64,000 nucleotides of DNA from Felis catus. Lineage: Eukaryota. The position numbers and the translations under genes are program-made. How positions within the stretch are numbered: position 1 is the stretch's first letter; each line of letters starts with the position of its first letter. Location of the stretch: NCBI RefSeq assembly GCF_018350175.1, contig NC_058373.1, forward strand, positions 15,748,001 through 15,812,000. Reading direction: 5' to 3'. The notes beneath the pieces are model-generated. The model did not search any database and was not told the DNA's origin. It was given only the letters and a program-made list of their open reading frames with translations. Positions 1-12,620 of this stretch are shown here, in pieces.

Positions 1-108
1 TCTCAGTGACTTCTAAGTTGTTTATTTCTGAAAAGATAGTCTCATTTCCATTTCCTATTTTTCTTCTGAGTACGCGTGTAGTGTTTCTGGATTTGAAAGG
101 CTTCCTAC

Positions 109-123
109 ACACACATGCGCGCA

Positions 124-158
<35 letters not shown>
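109..158. repeat. (CA)n microsatellite with (CG)-mixed start
   Basis: Direct reading: acacacatgcgcgcacgcgcac followed by (ac)n. Confidence 0.95.
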
Positions 159-162
<4 letters not shown>

Positions 163-3100
163 GAAATAAAGTGCCTGATCCCTGCTTTGGTTCCTGCCCC
201 CCCTGGTCGGTCAGGGGTCTCTCTCTGAGGAGTTTCCCTGCAAACCGGCAGTCATGCGGAACCTGTCTCCTGGCATTCAGCGCTGCACTTGAAAGGGAGT
301 GCCATAGAGATGGGCTGACCTTCCTGGCCTAGCGACCAAAAGGGAACCCTGTGGGGAGTACCTGAAGGGGGTGTTCCTCCCGTTGGTCACATCAAGGTTG
401 TTCACTTCAGTGGCTCTGTTTTAACTGTTCCCTCGTATCCTTTACTAACCACTGGAAAAGGCGACTGTTTTCTTGCCCCAGCTTCAGAGGCATTAAACCA
501 TTCACCTTGACTTCCCTTACAGCGGCAAAAGGAGGGAAGGAAGAAAAAAGAAGGGCTTGCGAGATACCAGAAAGGCCCTTGATGCTCTGATCACATGGGT
601 AATTACTGTGCTCACGTACGTGGCTTGTCTGGAAGGCAGTGGCTTGCCGCACGAGGGGTTGCTCTTCACAATGCATTTTGCGCTTTGTATGCGCAGGAAA
701 ATTTTAAGCTGCTAGACATCTCTACCTTGGCAGGTCAGGAATCTTGGTCAACATGTTATTCTTGAAAGCGTGTCCTTTCAACGGGAGGATGACTAAATGA
801 CTTTTCAATTATGGATACATTTCCAAAAATCAATGATCTTACTGCCTTTTGTGGGGCGATATGTAAGGGTGCGGGGCTGGCTGAGAGTATGCTTAAAATA
901 GAGATGAATGCTTGAAGTTTTTGATAGAGCAAATACATATTTCAGGCTATTTTTATTTGGCTTTGTCAGAGCTTCAAAGGCTGCTCCTAGGAGCTTTACA
1001 AGGATTCAATATTAGCCCTCGGACAAAGGATCGAATATCTTGCATTTCACGTTGGACAATTACAGGCCACATTTCCTTTAAATGTTTCCGAGAGACAAGT
1101 TAAATTTTGAAGGGGAAGCTTTCTAGTTGAGCTGCATGAACAAAGGCAAGTTTGTGTACCGGAGGGCGGGCCCAGGGGATTTCTGCTAAGAGAGATTAAA
1201 AGATTGTGGTGAAATCAAACCACCTCTGCAGCCTTTTTGTCCAGTTTGGGCCCTCTCCCGGGTGTTCCTTCACCTGGGAAAAAGTCCGGCAGTGGTCAAG
1301 CAGGACTGGATCAAATGAAGCAGGAATGAATGTGCCTGCCAACCTCCAGGGGCCTCGAGAATGATAAAAAAAAAGAAAAAAATAGACAATGCACGGGAAG
1401 CTCTTTGAAAACTGCAAGATGTTATTGCTGTTGCAATTATGATTGTTAAGTACGGAAAACGTGTTCATGGGGCATTTGCTGTAGTTCCTCCCCCAACCCC
1501 ACCAACTCGCCCACACAGTTGCTTGAGAAAATAATCAGAGGTGGGACATGTCTCTCCTCTACCTGTATCCTTTGAGCTGAGCTCAACTATGACAACAAAA
1601 TTATCAAATCCCCTTTTGTTTCAAGAGTCTGAGAGAAGTTGGTGTTTATACAACACACGGGGCAGAAATTGACAAAACCATTATATGATGGCTGTGATGA
1701 ACTCATACTGATTTTGAAAGACAAAAACACACAGAGTCTTTTTTATACATGACGCGTAAAATCCTTGGCACCTGGGATGTCACATGTACCCCATTTTACA
1801 CACCACATACTCCAGGGAGATAACTCCAGGCTGCAGAGGCGGTCCCGGGATAACGATACTGCCACAGAATTGTTGGGCTAGCTTGCCCGGGGGAGTGATA
1901 GCCTTGGTGCCGTCTTCCTTAGCAAATGAATATTCTTAACCAGGATGGAAATAATACCATCGTACCTTAAAATCCAAGTCCAAATATATTTGTGCTTGGA
2001 TCTAGTTCCACACTAGGATAAATGCCCAGCTAACAGCCTCGTTCCCCAGCTTCTCAGGAGCATCTGGCCAATTTTAACTTGTGGCTGGAGGTTGAAACCA
2101 TACGAAATCCTGTGGTTACAGTAATTTCCACCAGGAAACCATGAGACACTGAGGGGTATACATATGAATAATTTTCAGCCGAGATTATTCTATTTTTCCG
2201 AGTTGGAACTTGAGGTTTGGTAATATACGAGGACAAAAGTGGCAAACTAATTCTACACGCAGTTCTGGAAGTGGAAATTTTGAAAGTATCTCTTTCCCTG
2301 AAAAATGTTCTTTAAAAAAAAATGTATTGGTGGAATTTAGTGACTGGGAGAGAGTCTTTCTTTCTAAGAGGAAGCAGAGAGATGATGTTCCTCCCAAACA
2401 TTTCCCTGATTACTAAGAGCTACCATTTTCCAAGTAGGTTCCTTTATCCCCCTGAATCCGGACCACAGTCTGTGAAATTGGCATTTGCGTTCCCATTTAA
2501 AGGGTAAATGAGGCTCTGAGTGGATTCCAACAAACACGCAAAACTTCAAAAACTCCCAACTTTCTTCCTTGCTAAAATAGAGCTCCGCAGATGGGACCTC
2601 AGCTGCCCCCTCCCCCCCCTCCACTCAGGACATTGTTTTCACTGCTTCAGATCTTGGAGATGTAGCGATTTGGGTAACGGAGAAAACATGTCCTCAGCCC
2701 TTCCCTGGCCTGGGCTTAAGTGTGTTCTAATCATCACCCCCAAAGCATTAGCTCTGATGTTGGAACGCCTGGCAAAGGGGGGGGGGGTGCTTCTTGGCAA
2801 CAGTTTGTTCTCAAGGTTGGTGGCCTCCAGTCAGGCTTTATCTGTAAGTTACTTCTCAGGAACGGGGCCAGATCAATACTGTATTCTTTCAGACCTCTCT
2901 AAACCCAGCGGGGAAGGCAATCACCATAGTGCCGCTCTCTGCACCTTCTGGAGCAGATCAATACTCTGACAGCGCGGAGCTTTGTTCCCGCCCCAGCTCT
3001 GAGATGTTCTGCATGCTCTACATGATTGCTTAAAGGCCTGCGTCCCCTTCCCCCGATGACAACAGGACCCCCGCCCTCCTCTTCCCTAATACCATCACTG

Positions 3101-3739
3101 TAATTGCCCGGACATGAAATAGCAGCACAAACCCAGCGCCCGGGCTTTGAGGTGTTTTATCTTTTTTTGAACATCTCTATTAGTAAAGGGTGTTGATTTG
3201 GCTTTAACATGGAGTCGGAGCTTTAATGGGAACTTGCACTTAACTTACACCGGTCTGGGAAACCTACTGTGATGATTTTACCTATGGGAATGGGATAGGG
3301 GACTGTTTCAGGGGGAGGGAAGAGAGAAACTCCTAAGCCCAAGAATATTAGCTTAAACTTGATGTGGCTTGGAGCCCATTCTATCTACCCCATACCGCCA
3401 CAGCAATTGTCTTAGGAGGGCTCTGTGTCTTGTTCACTATGTAAGCGATGCTGCGTAAAATGAAATATTTATTTTACTGTTTTCGGCCGGCATTCCAGTA
3501 AGTGGTAAATAACACAGAGGCTCAGCACATCTCATTTTCCCAGCTTTTCTTTTTCGGTCGCGCTGGTTGCCTGCTAAACGAAGTTATTGATATGGTCTGG
3601 ATCTTCATCATACACTTGTCTTCTCCTAATCATCATCGACCTCCCCAAAAAATCCTAACTAACCAATCCCCAAGACAATGAAAATATTTCTGGAAATATG
3701 TATTGCCTGATAGTGTTAAAAATAGAAACGTTTAGATGA

Positions 3740-4660
3740 ATACCCACTACTTGGTCTAACGAATAAAGGCCGATCAGTTCAGTCTCATCCAGCTGGCTTC
3801 AAGCCCATCTCGATGGCCTCTCCTCCCTGGAGAGGCCCCTGGCCCTGGGTCCTGACCTCCATTATGCCCTTTTGATGTTTCGCGTCTTCTCCAGACTGTG
3901 CCCTTAGCCCTTCCCCTCGGACACATATTAACTCTTGGCCTTCCTAAATGGTCCCAGCTCTCCAAAGTCCCACGACCATCTTAGCCTTTCCAGTGCCTTT
4001 GGAAAGGGTCTTACCCAGTGGGTCACAATGGAACCTCCAATACATTGGTGATGAGTCAGATTATAACACAGTTGCAACCCCGCACAGTTGAGTTTCCAAC
4101 ATTTGCTAAGGATTTGTTTTTCTAACACGATCATCTGAGTGATACATGCTAATCTGTACCAATTGATCGATTGACATATGAGAGTTCAAGGTTATCCTTA
4201 ATAATCTTATTCTCTCATCCCACACCGATATCCACTTAATAATAATAGGAAGGAGTGGACCCACACACTCTTCACTGTTCCTCTCTTCGAGCTCATCTTT
4301 TAGGGCTCCTGGGTCACTTCTGCCAACTGGTGCGTGGTGTTGGGTGTCTAAGACATGAGATATCACGTTCCCAAATGGATCATTTTTATTTGCTGGGTCG
4401 TCCACAGTCTCACTACCATACCTTATCCATACCATTAGGTATAGAAAAATTACATATCAATGTGCTGGTTGGTAGGAGTCTCCCTTTAATAGAAACCAAG
4501 AATGTCATGTGGACCCTACATGCACAGTGACTATGAAAAAAAGCCATACCAGAGGGAAATAATTCAGAACGTCTCTAGTATTGCAAACTCATTAGATGGA
4601 TTGTCACTTCTTATGGCAGATACACCATGCAAAGTTGCTTTAGTTAGTGGTTTACTTTAA
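3740..4660 (-). mobile_element. Degenerate ERVL-class (ERV3) internal gag(-pro) remnant
   Basis: Minus ORF 4106-4435 contains KWISVWDERIRLLRI, resembling the ERVL gag motif EWILRVWDNGGRNIKL. Boundaries approximate. Confidence 0.45.
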
Positions 4661-5280
4661 TTTAATGCTCCGTCCATTTCAGGTTGAATATTCAAGTACA
4701 GCTCCTGAGCACGTTGGATTGCTAAGATATATAATTAAAAAGTCCAACTGAAATATTCTGATGTTTTAAGCTGTTACATATAGCTGAAAAAAGAAATCAA
4801 CTTGTCAGACACTTGACTGTCTTAAAAAAAAAAAGAATTGGTTTTACCAGCTAAACCTCAGAATGACAGCCAGGTAACAGTGTAATGCCTCAAAATACAA
4901 CATGTAGCATATAACGTGTAGAGATGAGAGAAAGGAAGGAAGAGCGAATGCGACAGAGTAAATTATTTCCCCTGCATTCATGCAAGTTGATGGCAGGTGA
5001 ATTAATATGCATTTTCAAGTACCTCGCCTGATAACCACAGAAGTTACAAGCAACACGTACAAGATTTTATGAAATTTATTTTAAAAGCATTTGTCTGAGC
5101 TATTGGTGTGGACAATGCAACTAGGAAGGACAAAACTCATTATATGGGAGAAAGCAGGTTGGTGATGAACCATAGAAACGTAGCAGTGTTGAAAGCTGAA
5201 AGTAAACTGAAGTTCCATTTTTAATTGATAACGTAATAAATTTTGAACAAGGAAAAGGGAAATACATTTGGAAGGAAATT

Positions 5281-5487
5281 CCATCCTTCCTCCCCCTTTC
5301 TCTCCCCTCCACCCCTCCCCTTCTCTGTCCCTTCTTCCCCTCCCCTCCTCCCTTCCCTTTTCTGTCCCCCGTTCCTTCCCTCCTTCCTTCATTCTACCTC
5401 TCCTTCCTTCCCTCTTTCCCTCCTTCCTAGCTCTTTTCCTCTCTCCATCCCTATCCCTTCTCCCCCTCTTTCTCTCTGTCCTTCTCT
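5281..5487. repeat. CT-rich low-complexity polypyrimidine tract
   Basis: About 200 bp almost purely C/T on the + strand; explains ORFs 5081-5530, 5243-5677 and 5268-5546. Confidence 0.95.
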
Positions 5488-6042
5488 TGAATTCTATAAG
5501 AAGAGTTATCAGACTCCTCAATTCGGGCACCTATATGACATGGTGAGAAAAGGCACTGAACTGGCCAGTTCTGCAGTTTCTGACCTTGGGCACCTATTCT
5601 GCTTTACGGATAATTTTCTCTTTCGTATCACAGTGGTGATTGGAACTGTCTACACATATCCCACTCTCACTTGGTGAGAACGTGCTGCACAAAGTCCTTC
5701 CAACTTTAAGGTGAAGAGTGCTGAACACCGAAGGAAAGGGATGGTTGATAGTATCATCTTCTCAAGTCTCCCATGTTTCTTGCCTGCAAGTTATTGCTAT
5801 TCCCTGAGCTATTCCCTGAGCAATTCACTATGTGCCAGGCCCAGATTGTTTCCAACACTTTTGGACAGCTAAATACCTCTCTTGATCGACTGTGCTACAT
5901 TGTTCAGAATGCTGTTTTCAGCATGGCCTTAATATTGTCATTTTAATTTTTTTCCCAAGTCTACTGGGTAAAGTTTACTCATTTTGATGCCAGTAGCAGC
6001 ATCGGCTTAATATTTAGTGTTTGGCATTTATATTTTTATTTT

Positions 6043-6072
6043 TATTCATTCATTCATTCATTCATTCATTCA
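6043..6072. repeat. (TTCA)n microsatellite
   Basis: Direct reading. Confidence 0.9.
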
Positions 6073-6154
6073 CTTATAAATTTTAATTCTAGAGTAGTTG
6101 TGTTTGGCATTTTTAAGCCCATAAAATCAAGCTGGCTTAATACGGGCTTTTTTA

Positions 6155-6330
6155 GGGGCACCTGGGTGGCTCAGTTGTTTGAGCATCCAACTTGGGCTCA
6201 GCTTATGATGTCTCAGTTTGTGAATGTTCGTGAGTTTGAGCCCTGCATCAGGCTCTCTGCTGTCAGCACAGAGCCCACTAAGGATTCTCTCTCTCTCTGC
6301 CCCTCCCCACCTCTAAAAAGTAATAATAGA
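6155..6330 (+). mobile_element. Can-SINE (SINEC)
   Basis: ggggcacctgggtggctcag head, (CT)n, short A-rich tail. Confidence 0.9.
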
Positions 6331-6504
6331 CATTTGTGTTTAAAAGGGCAGACTTTTTCGATACAAATAACCTAACTTCTGGAGAAAAATTAGCCTAACA
6401 GTCTAAATGTTCGCCTAACCAGACAATAGGGATCATCCATCTTTTGAACCAGATTTTTGTTTTGAAAAAAATGAAACTTACGGAAATTTGTAAAACCATA
6501 GCGC

Positions 6505-7310
6505 AGTGCATCTGCAAATGATTTCTACCAGCTACCCACAGCTAGGTCAGACTTTACAGGGTAAGAGCACAATCCTTTACAAAAGTGCTCCCCATCATAA
6601 ACTGAGAAGTCCTCAGGCCATCCTCACTCCCCGTCAACTATCCTCAAATTCGGAGGTTCCCACTGGCCAATCCGGTTTGATAACCCATTAGACTAACTCA
6701 TAGAACTCAGGAGAGTGCTCTCTGGATGATTACAGTTTTATTACAGCAAAAAGATACAAATCAGAAACAGCCTTGAGCGAGACACATAGGGAAGGGTCTG
6801 GGGAATGCCAAATATAAATATAATACCATTGTCTCTGAGGACACGTCAGTCACCCTCTGGCACATTAATGTATGACAATACACAGATTATTTCCAACCAA
6901 GAGAGCTCATGCAAGCTTTAGGGTCCATAGTTTTTAAAGGCTTTGTTATGTAGGCACTTGATTGAATCACTGGCTGTATGACTCAATATCCAGCCCCCCT
7001 CACCTCTTCCAAGTTTTGGCAGATACCAAGTGGCTCAAAGCCCCAGCCCTGTAATCACACAGTTGGTCTTTCTGGAATTACCACCCTCCATCTTGCATAA
7101 GTTTGTTAGCATCCACTATCTAGGGGCCCACCCTGTACCACCTAGTGAGTATAAGCTCTCAGATGCGGTCCAAGGATCCCACCGTGAATAACAAGGACAG
7201 GTACTCCGAAGACAAAAGAAGAGACATTCCCCAAAGACAGAAAATTCCAAGTGTTTAGAATATACTTCCGGAATCCAGGGACAAAGGCCAGTCAATTTCT
7301 TTATTATACA
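6505..7310. mobile_element. MER21-like ERVL solo LTR
   Basis: Similarity to recalled MER21 consensus (agaactcagg...ttacagttttattacagcaaa; ccagggacaaaggcca...ctttattataca). Confidence 0.65.
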
Positions 7311-7334
7311 GAACCGTTATTATTTGCTGAGCCA

Positions 7335-8175
7335 TATGACATAAGATACGATCTCCTAAGCGTTTCCACAGTCTCCTTATGAGAACAATGATATTCTTAG
7401 AGTGGAATACACCATTCACAAGACAATTATTAAACCTGGGAACGTTGAACAGAAATATAATAGTATCATCTAAAATACAGTCCAAATGCAGTTTTCTGTT
7501 GTTGTCCAATTCATTTTCTCTTTCAGTTCAGATTTCAGCGGAGAATCACACGCTGCGCTTAGTTGCTACGTCTCTTTACTTTCTGGAAGCAGAAAAAGTT
7601 CTTTCAATTTTATTCTTTCCCTTCGTGACATTGACAGGTGAAGCATAGATCGGGTGTTTTATTTAAAATGTTCCCCCAATTTGGGGTTGTCTCATTGTTT
7701 CCTCACAATGGGATTCAGGGTATGCATTTGCTGGCAGGTTTTTTTTGCGTTCTTCTCAGGGAACCGTATCACGAAGCTCATCATACTCTGATTTTGGTGG
7801 CTACCCGCTATTTTTCCTTGATAAAAGTCTCTTTTTTACCTTTGTAATTAATAAGAGATCTATGTGGAGATCTTTAGAGACTACGCAGATACACCATTGC
7901 TTAAGAAAAAATTTGGCAACAGTTTTAGTATCCTTTGATGATTCTTGCCCGTATTAATTTTATTACTGTGGTAGTTGCAGAGTGGTGATTTCCTAATTCT
8001 GTTGTGCCTCTTGTATTTGTTAGTTAGTATTTTACTATAGAATAAAAGCTTTGTCCAAAAAGACAAAAAAAGAAACCAAAAAAAAAAAAAAGGAGAATGC
8101 TTTTCCTCACTCCTTTATATTTATTTGTTTGTTTACCATTGAGTATCTGAGTCATGGATTGTTTTTATGTGATAT
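7335..8175 (-). mobile_element. Old L1 (L1MC4/5-like) 3'UTR fragment
   Basis: Antisense L1MC-type motifs (tgacattgaca, caatttggggttgtct, tttgtaattaataag, gatgattcttgcc). Confidence 0.65.
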
Positions 8176-9074
8176 GCTATTGTAATTCTGTGGAAATTTC
8201 ACATATGGTTTTACATGTCCAGCAATAATTGCGAGCAACTGTATGTCAAAGGGCATTCTTTAGAGAGTATTGTTTTATATCTCTCACAAGTAAGAAAGCT
8301 GTGATTTAGAATTAGGTGCAATGGAAATCTTTTGTTGAGTCCTTAACTTTCTAAGCCTTATCATGGAAATATGGATGTTGCAATGAGCAAGGCTCATTTC
8401 AGACAAACAAATAAACAAGCAAAGGTACCAAAGACAACAACAACAAAAAACCCTCCGTAGTTGTGACTGCACTCTTCCAGAGAATGAGTTTTTGTCCAAA
8501 TCATCGCACGCACAAAATGAACTCAGTCTGTACTCCGAAACGCACCCTGTATTAGAAGAGGAACCGAGGACATTCTTCAAGGTCAGTTGGTTTTAAATTA
8601 AGACCAATCTGCTTCGGTGTGTATTAGAAAGTGATTTGGGTAGGAGGGTGTTGAAACCTGTCATGTACTATGAGGTAAGCAGTGAAGTCTAGAGAACGCC
8701 CTCCTGGATGTGAAGTTTGTCACTACCTTCTGACCCATCAAGTCCCTTCTGGGCCCCGTTACCTGACTGTCAACACCTGGAGCTCTGCCATCATGTTTTT
8801 CTTCCCTGATATCTCGTCCAGACTTCTCCAGGCATGTATGACATCTCCCTGTTCTGCAGATATGATAGTATGCATCAATTAAAGATTAAATCCTTCCCCG
8901 CCCTGAAAGAACACTCACGGAACAGGATTCAGGAAGGAGGGTGGTGGGAACCTGAGGATGCTGGGTGCCATCTGGGAAGGAAGTAATCTATTGGGAGGAG
9001 TGAGGAGACTGAGGCTCCAAGACAATATAGCTTATCTTCTGGAAGGGACGCTCTGCTAACGTAGCCACACTTTA

Positions 9075-9233
9075 TGCTTTTTTAATGTTTATTTGTTTAT
9101 TTTGAGACAGAAAGACCATGAGTGGGGCACAGAGCTCCACGTGGGGCTCCATGTCACGAATTGTGAAATCATGACTTGAGCCAAAATCAAGAGCTAGATA
9201 GATGCTTAACACCTGAGCCACCCCCGGTGCCCC
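9075..9233 (-). mobile_element. Can-SINE, internally deleted
   Basis: Ends in ctgagccacccccggtgcccc; TSD taa(cg/tc)tagccacacttta at 9057-9074 and 9234-9251. Confidence 0.9.
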
Positions 9234-9379
9234 TAATCTAGCCACACTTTAGTAGATGCTTTCTGGAGACAGTGCCTTACCTCACATCAGGGATGCTTGG
9301 CAAGCCATTCAGATAGACACTTCTTCTGACATCTCTGAAAACAGATCACCTAGCTGGCTTTGAACTTCTGGGTTCCATA

Positions 9380-9533
9380 TCTGCTCTACTCTTCCTTTTG
9401 TCCATAGTACTCCTCCCCTTCTAACATATCATATAATTTATTTCTTTACGATGATTTTTTTTCTTCCCTGCCTATCCTCCCAGACAACTTTTACCACTCC
9501 CCCCAACTAGAATATAAGCGTCAAGAAGGCAAG
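9380..9533 (+). mobile_element. L2 3' fragment (interrupted by Tigger MITE)
   Basis: ctagaatataagcgtcaagaaggcaag resembles the L2 3' end. Confidence 0.55.
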
Positions 9534-9535
9534 TA

Positions 9536-9787
9536 CAGTAAAACCTTGGGTTGCGAGCATAATTCATTCCACAAACATGCTCGTAATCCAAAGCACTCGT
9601 ATATCAAAGCGAATTTCAAGAACCATTGGCTCAGTTGTGATCATGCAAGGCTCGGCATCACATGCTACTTGTATTGATTGCTTTTTTATCCTCATCACTC
9701 CTTTATCAAGTTAAAATTTATTAGAAATGTTTGCTCGTCTTGCGGAACACTGGCAGAATAAGTTACTTGCCATCGAAGGTTTTACCT
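9536..9787. mobile_element. Tc1/mariner (Tigger-type) MITE
   Basis: TIRs CAGTAAAACCTTGGGTTGCGAG and reverse complement AGGTAAAACCTTCGATGGCAAG; TA target duplications at 9534-9535 and 9788-9789. Confidence 0.85.
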
Positions 9788-10816
9788 TATTTCTATTTTA
9801 TTCTTTGATATATGTTGGGTACTTCCAACATGGTTGGACCTCAATGTTTGTGCAACAAGCGAATGTCTATATAGCAGATACAGTGCCCCTCTCAAATCCC
9901 TGCGAGTGTATGATGGGTATGGAAGTTTTGATTCATATCCAATGGCATTCTTTGTTTCTCTTATTTAGAAAAGGGACAAGTAGACACATCCCCAGTCTGC
10001 TTATTAATATTAATTTTCTACCTAAACATTTCCTACTGTTTTTGACTATTTTGGAAAACCATGTTTATTATTGTTATTATTGGCATCATCATTATTATTT
10101 ACTAAGTTATATATAAGATTCTGAGCTGGATTCTGCTATCGTATAAGCTTCTTCTTAGGGATGAGTTCATGCATCAGGACACCTTTCGGAAATGGAAGAT
10201 CTAATGCTACTTTCACAGATGACAAATTTACTTACAGGGAGTGTGGTCTGGAGGGTCTCACTTATTCAGAGGCTATGATGCTGTGGCTGGCTGGTTACAG
10301 AATGCAGAGACCAGAGTAGCCTAAAGTTAGGAACAGATGCCTTTTAAAATCACTGTCATCTGCTTATGCATCAGAGCCGAAAAGGACTCCCTACTCTATT
10401 AATGGACAAGCAGCTCTATTAATCCCTGTTGGCATGACATTAACACATGACGTGGTGTGCATTTCCTGCCCAGGGATCTTCCGGGGAATGGGTATGATTG
10501 CTTTGATCTAATGACATGGCATTTGCAACCTGGAAAAGCTGGTTGCAAACCGCATCTCAAAGAGCAAACTGTAGTTCTTAGACCTTCTGTTGCATGACTT
10601 AAAGCCAGCAGTGCAAGTCAGAAATTCTATGCAACTGGAGAATGAAGAAGCTCACAGCTGTGAAGCCTTCTGTGACTTAGCTGAAGAAACTTTCCATAAG
10701 TTCTACCTTTGCTGGTAACAACCAATTAGGAACTTCTACTGTATGAATAGTAGAATCATTTTAGAGCCTGCACAGAGGTTCTTAACATGACTTCCACTGG
10801 TTCCTAGAAGATCTAG

Positions 10817-10819
<3 letters not shown>

Positions 10820-10855
<36 letters not shown>
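10820..10855. repeat. (TG)n microsatellite
   Basis: Direct reading. Confidence 0.95.
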
Positions 10856-10858
<3 letters not shown>

Positions 10859-11501
10859 TAGTCTGAAAGAGCTCCAATCTGCTGGTCCACAGCAGAGCTT
10901 TCTGAGAATCATTGTCCTCTTCTGTAGAATGGGCTTCATCATATTTGCCTTGTTCACAAGTTTGTTTGGAGGTTCGGGGAGGTCTGTGGAATGTTATTTA
11001 CAGCTCCTTATTACCTTTGTTACCACCATGCCTAGGATTATGTAGATAATTCCCTATGTGTATATGTCCGCATAAAACTACATGAATCAAAGTCGCCCGG
11101 ATGCCATCTATGATTGCTGTGACACTCGAGATCACTAATTGCCTGGATTCCATAACTGAGAAAACATAAACCTTTCCAACGATCGCTATAATTTCCCAGG
11201 AAGTGCTCATTCTCCAGGAGAGACCCTTCCATCTCTCTGAGGCTTTGTAAGTGTAGTAGGCTTTACTAAACTCCTAGCTTGTTTTGAAAAGGGGTGCCTT
11301 GCATCACTGATAAAACTATCAACTGCTCTCTACGTATTTTCTCCCTCATTGCCTTTCCCACACATAGTTCCTTCAACTAACATGTTCTCTTCTATTTTTT
11401 AAGGCTATGAGAGCAGCAACTATTGCCAAACCAGAAGAGGCACTGACATTAATAGGATTCACCTTCCTTAGAAGGTGGATACGGTAAGAGATGAAAACAC
11501 G

Positions 11502-11532
<31 letters not shown>

Positions 11533-11610
11533 TTATTTTATCTAGTATTTATCTATTTTTATCTAGTATCTAGTATATAGTATTTTATCTAGTATCTATC
11601 TATATATATT
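11502..11610. repeat. (TA)n / TATCTAG low-complexity repeat
   Basis: Direct reading. Confidence 0.85.
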
Positions 11611-11789
11611 TTTTTAACTAGTTCACCAGTAATTCCAATATAATGTGAGAAGTATTATGAAATAGGCATGCAAAACATTTTGTAGGATCACATAAACATA
11701 AACAATTCATGGTTGGAGAATGTTAAAATCTCGAAGGGAGTAGGGACATTCTGGACAGAGGGTGACGTCCCTTATGCAAGTAATCCTTG

Positions 11790-12620
11790 CGGGTCTACTC
11801 TGTGCCAGGTGCTGATTTCAGTTCTAGGATACCAAGGTCTACACTTTGGTGTAAGGAAGACACAGAGAAAAGAAACTCTAAGCAAAAAAAAAATTCTTCC
11901 GATAATTTCATATGGTAATAACTTCTGAAGATAATGAGAGTAATCTGGTTGGGGCAGAGGTATGCAGAGGGAAAACATTTTATCGGATAGCCCGAGGCCT
12001 CTCTGAAGAGGTGATATTTGAGCAGATGCAGAGCAGGTGAAACCCAAGGCAAAAGAGCCTGGAAGCAGGAAGCCGAAGCAAAAGGTCAGTGTTTGAAAAA
12101 CAGAGAGGTGAGTAACATGTGAGTGATCCATTGGTTGGGGGGTGAGGGGAGATCCGTTTGGAAAGGTAACCCGTGTCTCTGAATTGTGAACGTTCACTGA
12201 AGGGCTTTTATTCAGAAGCTTGTCATAACAAGATTTTAGGTTCCCAAAGAAGAGCAGTAAACACCGTGGTTGAAAGGCAGAGTGGCGAGAAACCCAGGGC
12301 CCTCTCTGAAGGACATGACAGTCCTTCCGCAGAAGGAAGGACACGGCGATGGCCAATGGAGATGGAGGAGAGGGGGACAATTCATTATGACTGAGAGTCA
12401 CTGAGACTGGAAGCAGTCTTCCAGGGACAGGGAGAGTGACCGAGAGGAATTTCTAGGTTTCCAGCAGGAGGGACGGCATGCAGGATAGCATCAGCATTGG
12501 GAACGGGAGCTATGAGCAAAGGATATAATGGACTTGCATGTGGACATTGAGGTAGGTGGACATACAGGTAAATTTGATACACAGCTTAGAACTAAGGAGG
12601 TGAAATACCTCGTGTAGCTG
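11790..12620 (-). mobile_element. L2 fragment
   Basis: ctactctgtgccaggtgctg..., ggcctctctgaagaggtgatatttgagcaga and ctggaagcaggaag are typical antisense L2 motifs. Confidence 0.7.

Noticed and set aside
5081-5677. Long ORFs of 144-149 aa
   Set aside because: Products of the CT-rich low-complexity tract
5796-5821. 12-bp tandem duplication gctattccctga
   Set aside because: Ordinary slippage duplication
11772-12401. 209-aa ORF, the longest without Ns
   Set aside because: Lies in a decayed L2 fragment; no domain-like sequence or splice structure
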